Assembly: GCA_048013815.1 (NCBI GenBank)
Contig: CM106586.1
Location: 14,136,001-14,200,000, forward strand
DNA: 64,000 bases
Origin: Setoptus koraiensis
Lineage: Eukaryota > Animalia > Arthropoda
Reading direction: 5' to 3'
Part shown: one piece after another, positions 59,113 through 64,000 of the stretch
Numbering within the stretch: position 1 is the first letter of the stretch
How the letters are laid out: each line of letters opens with the position of its first letter
Notes under the pieces: generated by a model
What the model saw: the letters and a program-made list of their open reading frames with translations, nothing else
The model's database searches: none
What the model was told of the DNA's origin: nothing
Position numbers and translations under genes: made by a program

Positions 59113-60486
59113 TCAAGTAATCATCATCTCTTCTCATGCGATCAGTTTAATTAAGTTTGCCATAATCTCCATAACATTCGTTATTGTGGCTCTTGGACAT
59201 TGTGCATGGTGCTTTTATGGAATGCAGTCGTGGCATTATTATGATATAAGGGATTGAGTGACTGCATTTAAACCCAACCATCGATATTAGTACATGTACA
59301 GCCGACAACTATGTGTTGACAACTGTATTCGTGACAGCAAGTCAACAAAAGTGACATATACCGAACAGAGGAAATATAGCAAAATGTTGTAAATACCCCA
59401 CATAAATGTGGTATTTACTACAAGTCAATCCGCGCAAATACAATACATAATGAGATTGTCTGCGATCATCATAATCAAAGCTTCATACTGTCCGAATGTC
59501 AACACGAGATCGCATATCCCTTCTACAATCGTCAAATCGATGTCAATTTCACTGTCACTCCATTTGCGCAACATTGTATTGTTATTGTTGTATGCAAATT
59601 GTTGAAACCGACAACTGTAAGCGAACAATTGATGGGGCACCAATTGTGCACATCAATCCACTTGTAATAACAATCTTCTAATTGGTTTTCTCATTAACAT
59701 TGCTCCTGCATTGTAACTCCGTTCGGCTTGGCCAAAATGATGAAATGATGATGGAATTCATTCTTGGGCTGACACTAAACATACACAGCTATTGAATTAT
59801 CGCTTGAAGTGCTCACTATACCAGACTTGAGATGTAGCAACGAAGGATGCTGTAACCGGAAGTTGCAGATAGTTAGCGAAGATAGTCCCCGATAGTCGGT
59901 GCTCGGAATCTATGACAGAAAGTTGGAATTGGAATTCATATCATTGTGTCTCACCGTGAATCCAACTGCAACTAATGAGCTCGAAATTACAATTCATGCT
60001 TGATTACGCTTGATCCATTTATTTGTATAACTTATTTCATAATATAAATATGAAAATGAATGATTTTACACGATGACGAGTCTAGATCATTCGAAAAAAG
60101 ATCAGTCCCCACATCATTCTTCGAGCAGCACGTGGCTCGCTGTTATCCGACTACTCATTTGAAGAACTCTAGCGAACGTTGTCGAGAAATCACCTCACAA
60201 CTCTCCCATCATTACACTTTTCATCCATGTGCGCCCCCTAGTGTGCGCTTTAGTGAGTTTTTTTTTCGCCTCACAAGTGTGACACTACGCGCGCCGCATT
60301 GCCTGTCATGTGATACTGGTTTTCGTTTGGTAACGTGTTCAGGTGCGCCCGAAAATATTTTATTTTACGTTTTTATTACAGATAAGACTTAATTTTTTTT
60401 GTTGCTGAAATATTCAAAATCGGTTTGCATATCATTATCATATTTTCTATCCAAGAGCATCATCAACAACAACATCAGCCACAGAG

Positions 60487-62034
60487 ATGGATTCCGCCAT
60501 GGTAGACGCCTGTTGCCACCCGTTTGGAGATGGAGAAAAAGTAGAGTTTCGCTGCATGATTCAAGATACTTTTGGTAGCGAAATATACTCGTTGCCTCAA
60601 GGAGGCTTCGCCGACCGCGCCCTCTTCTATTGTATCAATATCCCGGGTGAAAACGTTTGGGTAAGAGATCATTCGCAACAGTCAATCAAGAATGAATTTA
60701 TGACTAACAGCAACAGATTGAAAATCAATGATCTCAACTTGACCGAAAGAAACCAAAGGATCGGCTTCAATCTGGTTAATAAAAGTTATCCCCTTGCCGA
60801 CGGTATCAACAGTGCTTGTCTGATAAAATTGTACGATCTAAAATTAGCTGATGATTTCAAAGTCAATGACATCATACATGTTGTGGGAAATATCGAGAAA
60901 CCAGAAACACTTGCCGATAATGATAACTCCAGCCAAAACCAGCCCGACAGTTTACAAGTTGATGGTGGAGATCAACAACAAAAAGTGCAACAACCTGACA
61001 TGGATTTTGAACCTTCCAATGACTTGCCCGATGAATTGGTGCCAAGAGTGCATGTCACATCCATCAGGAAAATGCCACATATTAATCCACTGTTACCTCA
61101 AGATCTTACAAACCATCCCCTGGACAAAACTAAACTCCTTCTGGCAAGAGCTCGCCTATCGACGATTCTTACAGAGCTTTTGGGGGGTGATTCTCTAGCA
61201 GCTGAGTATCTCATTATGTATCTGTTGTCTTGCATATACAAGCGCAAAGATGTCACAACTCTTGGTCAGATGACTCTCAATTTGATTGGCTTTAAGCCGA
61301 ATATGAAGTTCTTGATTGAGAAAATTTGCGATATATTCAAGACGATCACAACTCATAGCACAAAACTTGAATTGTCCATTGCAAATTTAACGAATTTATG
61401 CTTCACTCCGAAGAAAGATCATGAAAATAACAAAATGATTGCGGGCACATTACAACTACCGACTGGACATTATTTGATGTTGGATGAAACTGCCTTGAGC
61501 GAGGGCACTTTAAACGCTCAAGGTACAGACAATATAGCTACTCTGACACACATCATACAATGGCAGCGTCACAACTATAATTTTCAATTTCATCGTGTGG
61601 AAATTGAGACAGATCTCAGGATATTAGTTTTTAGCGAGGGCAAGTCTCTTCTTCCAGTACAGTATTCTGTTAAATTGGAGAAGAATGATGATACAGCTGT
61701 GGAATTGATGAAACAAGCATGCGATTCTGTCAACGATTTCCTCAATGAGGACCTACTCAACATGTTCAGAACGTATATCACCTCCTTAATGAACATAACA
61801 GACTATACAATCCCTGAACAGGTACAGCAGATAATCGAACAGAACTTTGTCGAGTGGAGAAAACAGAAAGATCAAGACGGAAATCCAGTTTTCTCCACTG
61901 ATGACCTCTCATCCTATTTGAGTTTGGCAAGAATCCTCACTATAAGTAAGGGAGAGATGGAATTGACATTGGACATTTGGAGGGAGTTATGTGATAAAGA
62001 ATCCATGCGACAGAGCAGATTACAATCGAAATAA
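60487..62034 (+). CDS. MCMBP: Mini-chromosome maintenance complex-binding protein, intronless
   Basis: 515 aa; FRCMIQD, ACLIKLYD, LGGDSLAAEYLIMYLLS, KKDHENNKMIAGTLQL...LMLDETALSEGTLNAQG. Confidence 0.93.
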   Translation: MDSAMVDACCHPFGDGEKVEFRCMIQDTFGSEIYSLPQGGFADRALFYCINIPGENVWVRDHSQQSIKNEFMTNSNRLKINDLNLTERNQRIGFNLVNKSYPLADGINSACLIKLYDLKLADDFKVNDIIHVVGNIEKPETLADNDNSSQNQPDSLQVDGGDQQQKVQQPDMDFEPSNDLPDELVPRVHVTSIRKMPHINPLLPQDLTNHPLDKTKLLLARARLSTILTELLGGDSLAAEYLIMYLLSCIYKRKDVTTLGQMTLNLIGFKPNMKFLIEKICDIFKTITTHSTKLELSIANLTNLCFTPKKDHENNKMIAGTLQLPTGHYLMLDETALSEGTLNAQGTDNIATLTHIIQWQRHNYNFQFHRVEIETDLRILVFSEGKSLLPVQYSVKLEKNDDTAVELMKQACDSVNDFLNEDLLNMFRTYITSLMNITDYTIPEQVQQIIEQNFVEWRKQKDQDGNPVFSTDDLSSYLSLARILTISKGEMELTLDIWRELCDKESMRQSRLQSK

Positions 62035-62056
62035 AATCCCACAAATTGATTTGTAC

Positions 62057-63211
62057 TTAGTCGTATAGATCATTTATCAAACTCATCAAGAAAGACGCGA
62101 ACAGTAGTCTTTTGTTTTTTTCCGGTGTCATAGGGTTTAGATTGCGTTCATCGACTTGAAATAAACGAGACAAGGTGGATTTTAAAGTCTCGATACTAAA
62201 TCTACAGCCTAGAATCTCTTCAAGGCAAGTAAAGGATTCATGGCCATCGATCACGGTGTTTATACGCTCAACATGACCTTGATTGATTTCAACTTCCAAG
62301 CAGACGTGGTGTTCTTCATCATAATCCATATAATTGAAGATTTTCCTAAGAGTGAACTTTGGTGTCCTCCCAAAGATCCATTCCCACTGAAGAAGATCCT
62401 GTTTCATTTTTTGGTACCCTGGAAACTCTGTATCACATGGCTCGACATGTAGAACAGTCTCTCTCGAATCAACGTTGTCGATTGTTTTGGCGAAACTGGT
62501 GGCTAAGTCACGGATAACAATTTCAGGTGTCAGATAGCTTCTTAATTCTTTCAGATTTTGCACTTTACTCCTGACACTAGGACTAGATTTGGTCTCTAAA
62601 AAAATTGGCAAGTCTTGGCGTATGGCCTTATACAATAACGCTGTATCGGTGTCGACTAGCAGTGTGAAATGGTGATAGCAATTAAATTTCCCTAATTTGG
62701 CAGCTGACCCTGTAATCTTACCACCTGTTCTACTAAGGACTAGATCGTGCCTTTCGGTAGGTTCACATTTTATGTCATACAAATCGTCGATGACTTGTGC
62801 AACAAATTTCAAATTTGCTTGCCGTTGACTAAATCGATCTCTATGACCAATAATACTGATGTTGATATTACTCATGTCATGGTAGACACAACCACCGCCG
62901 GATTGGCGCCTTGCTAGATCAATGTTGTGTAAATCTAATTGTGACAATCGTCCTTCTAGCCAAGGATTTTGATGTCGTCCAATCACAAGTGCCGGAGTAT
63001 TTCTCCAGATGAGCACAATAGGCTTACATTTTGGTCTGTGTATTATCGGCTGATCACAATTGTCCAATTTAATATCATCTGTGAATCTGATATTGGAGTA
63101 GATCCAGTTTTCGAGGGCCAGATTAGAGAAGATGTCATGATCCCGCGAAATGATTACGTTACATCTAGATGATACAAAAGAGGAGTTACGAACGAACTGG
63201 CGAAATATCAT
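62057..63211 (-). CDS. LIPT1: Mitochondrial lipoyltransferase 1, intronless
   Basis: NLALENWI, WRNTPALVIGRHQNPW, ARRQSGGGCVYHD, KITGSA, YHHFTLL (BPL/LplA family); ATG at 63211 starts a presequence-like N-terminus. Confidence 0.93.
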   Translation of the reverse strand: MIFRQFVRNSSFVSSRCNVIISRDHDIFSNLALENWIYSNIRFTDDIKLDNCDQPIIHRPKCKPIVLIWRNTPALVIGRHQNPWLEGRLSQLDLHNIDLARRQSGGGCVYHDMSNINISIIGHRDRFSQRQANLKFVAQVIDDLYDIKCEPTERHDLVLSRTGGKITGSAAKLGKFNCYHHFTLLVDTDTALLYKAIRQDLPIFLETKSSPSVRSKVQNLKELRSYLTPEIVIRDLATSFAKTIDNVDSRETVLHVEPCDTEFPGYQKMKQDLLQWEWIFGRTPKFTLRKIFNYMDYDEEHHVCLEVEINQGHVERINTVIDGHESFTCLEEILGCRFSIETLKSTLSRLFQVDERNLNPMTPEKNKRLLFASFLMSLINDLYD

Positions 63212-63645
63212 GATAGGGTCCACAGATCCAAACGTACGTTACTCTATTATGTAAGTGGGGTATTCCTTGACATAATCGGCGTTGATTTAATATGAATCAA
63301 TGCATTTCTTTATGGGTTTGATGCGAACAGCATATGGCCCCATTTTAAATCTGGCTTCATGCTGGGTATTTATTTCACGGTGTGTCACGTGTTCTGAAAG
63401 TTGTGTGCGATTCGAACTACGCGCCGTCTGTCTTGGATGAAAATTTTGCTTATTGATTTTGATTTAATTGCTTCAGCAACTATATTATTATTATTATTGT
63501 TAATATTATTTGAAGGTAGGTTGCGCTACTGAAAACATGTGACCGCTTATTTGTTTCAAAACGTTTCTTTTCTTTAATTATAAAATCGGTTCAACTGATA
63601 CATACATTCATTGGAATCTATTCACCGTGAAAACTCAACTTATTA

Positions 63646-64000
63646 ATGATCACGTCCAACACTGGCAACGAAGAACAGCGTCCATCGTTAACGCCAAAGA
63701 AAAATGAAAGGGCACCACAAACAAAAGTGAGTAGTTCTCATGGTGACGATCATAAGTATGAATCTATTTTATAGCTTGGAGCAACAGATCTCACCAGTAT
63801 CGCCAACTGCAGTAGACGCATCCCTTACTAAGATCAATCTCAAAAAACCTATCTCTATCCGCCATCCAGCTTGTTATTCGCAGGCTACCACCCTCCATGA
63901 GTGAAGAGGAACTTCTTGAACAGCTATCACCATTATCGGATCACGATTACTTTTGTTATTTTCCAGCAGATACTAGCCTGAGACAGAATGCCTTCTGTCG
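63646..64000 (+). CDS. UPF3: Nonsense-mediated decay factor UPF3, 5' end (exons 63646-63726, 63870-beyond window)
   Basis: Absent from the ORF track. Phase-0 GTGAGT...CAG intron gives MITSNT...PQTK|LVIRRLPPSMSEEELLEQLSPLSDHDYFCYFPADTSL, matching the Smg4/UPF3 RRM start (KVVIRRLPP..EHDYF). Confidence 0.9.

Noticed and set aside
59136-59900. Possible multi-exon secreted protein downstream of the 59063 TATA
   Set aside because: The hydrophobic stretch has no in-frame ATG, and candidate exons could not be joined into a recognisable protein.

Overview
Eukaryotic (animal, most likely arthropod) genomic DNA, not prokaryotic. The compact spacing, mostly intronless housekeeping genes and short 5'-biased GT-AG introns resemble eriophyoid mite genomes; this taxonomy is inferred, not verified. 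The window alternates between AT-rich gene-dense blocks (about 14-36.5 kb and 59-64 kb, plus an AT-rich island at about 52.5-55.5 kb) and GC-rich, gene-poor blocks packed with micro/minisatellites, GGGCCC motifs and short palindromes (about 2.7-9.8, 37-52.4 and 55.5-59 kb). Recognisable genes: MED23 fragment, Rab39, flotillin-2, rabenosyn-5, BORCS5, IDH3B (3' part), an aquaglyceroporin, LITAF, a Dpr-family Ig protein, MCMBP, LIPT1 and the 5' end of UPF3. Two 500-N scaffold gaps create false gap-spanning ORFs. The segment 22.83-27.37 kb is a fold-back inverted copy of 17.84-22.82 kb and is most likely an assembly artefact. Best novelty candidates: a TATA-driven, two-exon secreted Gly/Met/Gln tandem-repeat protein at 53.9-54.7 kb (possible silk, glue or elastomer), and three diverged tandem units resembling small secreted-protein genes at 27.9-28.8 kb. 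No tRNA, rRNA, CRISPR array or autonomous transposon could be supported.
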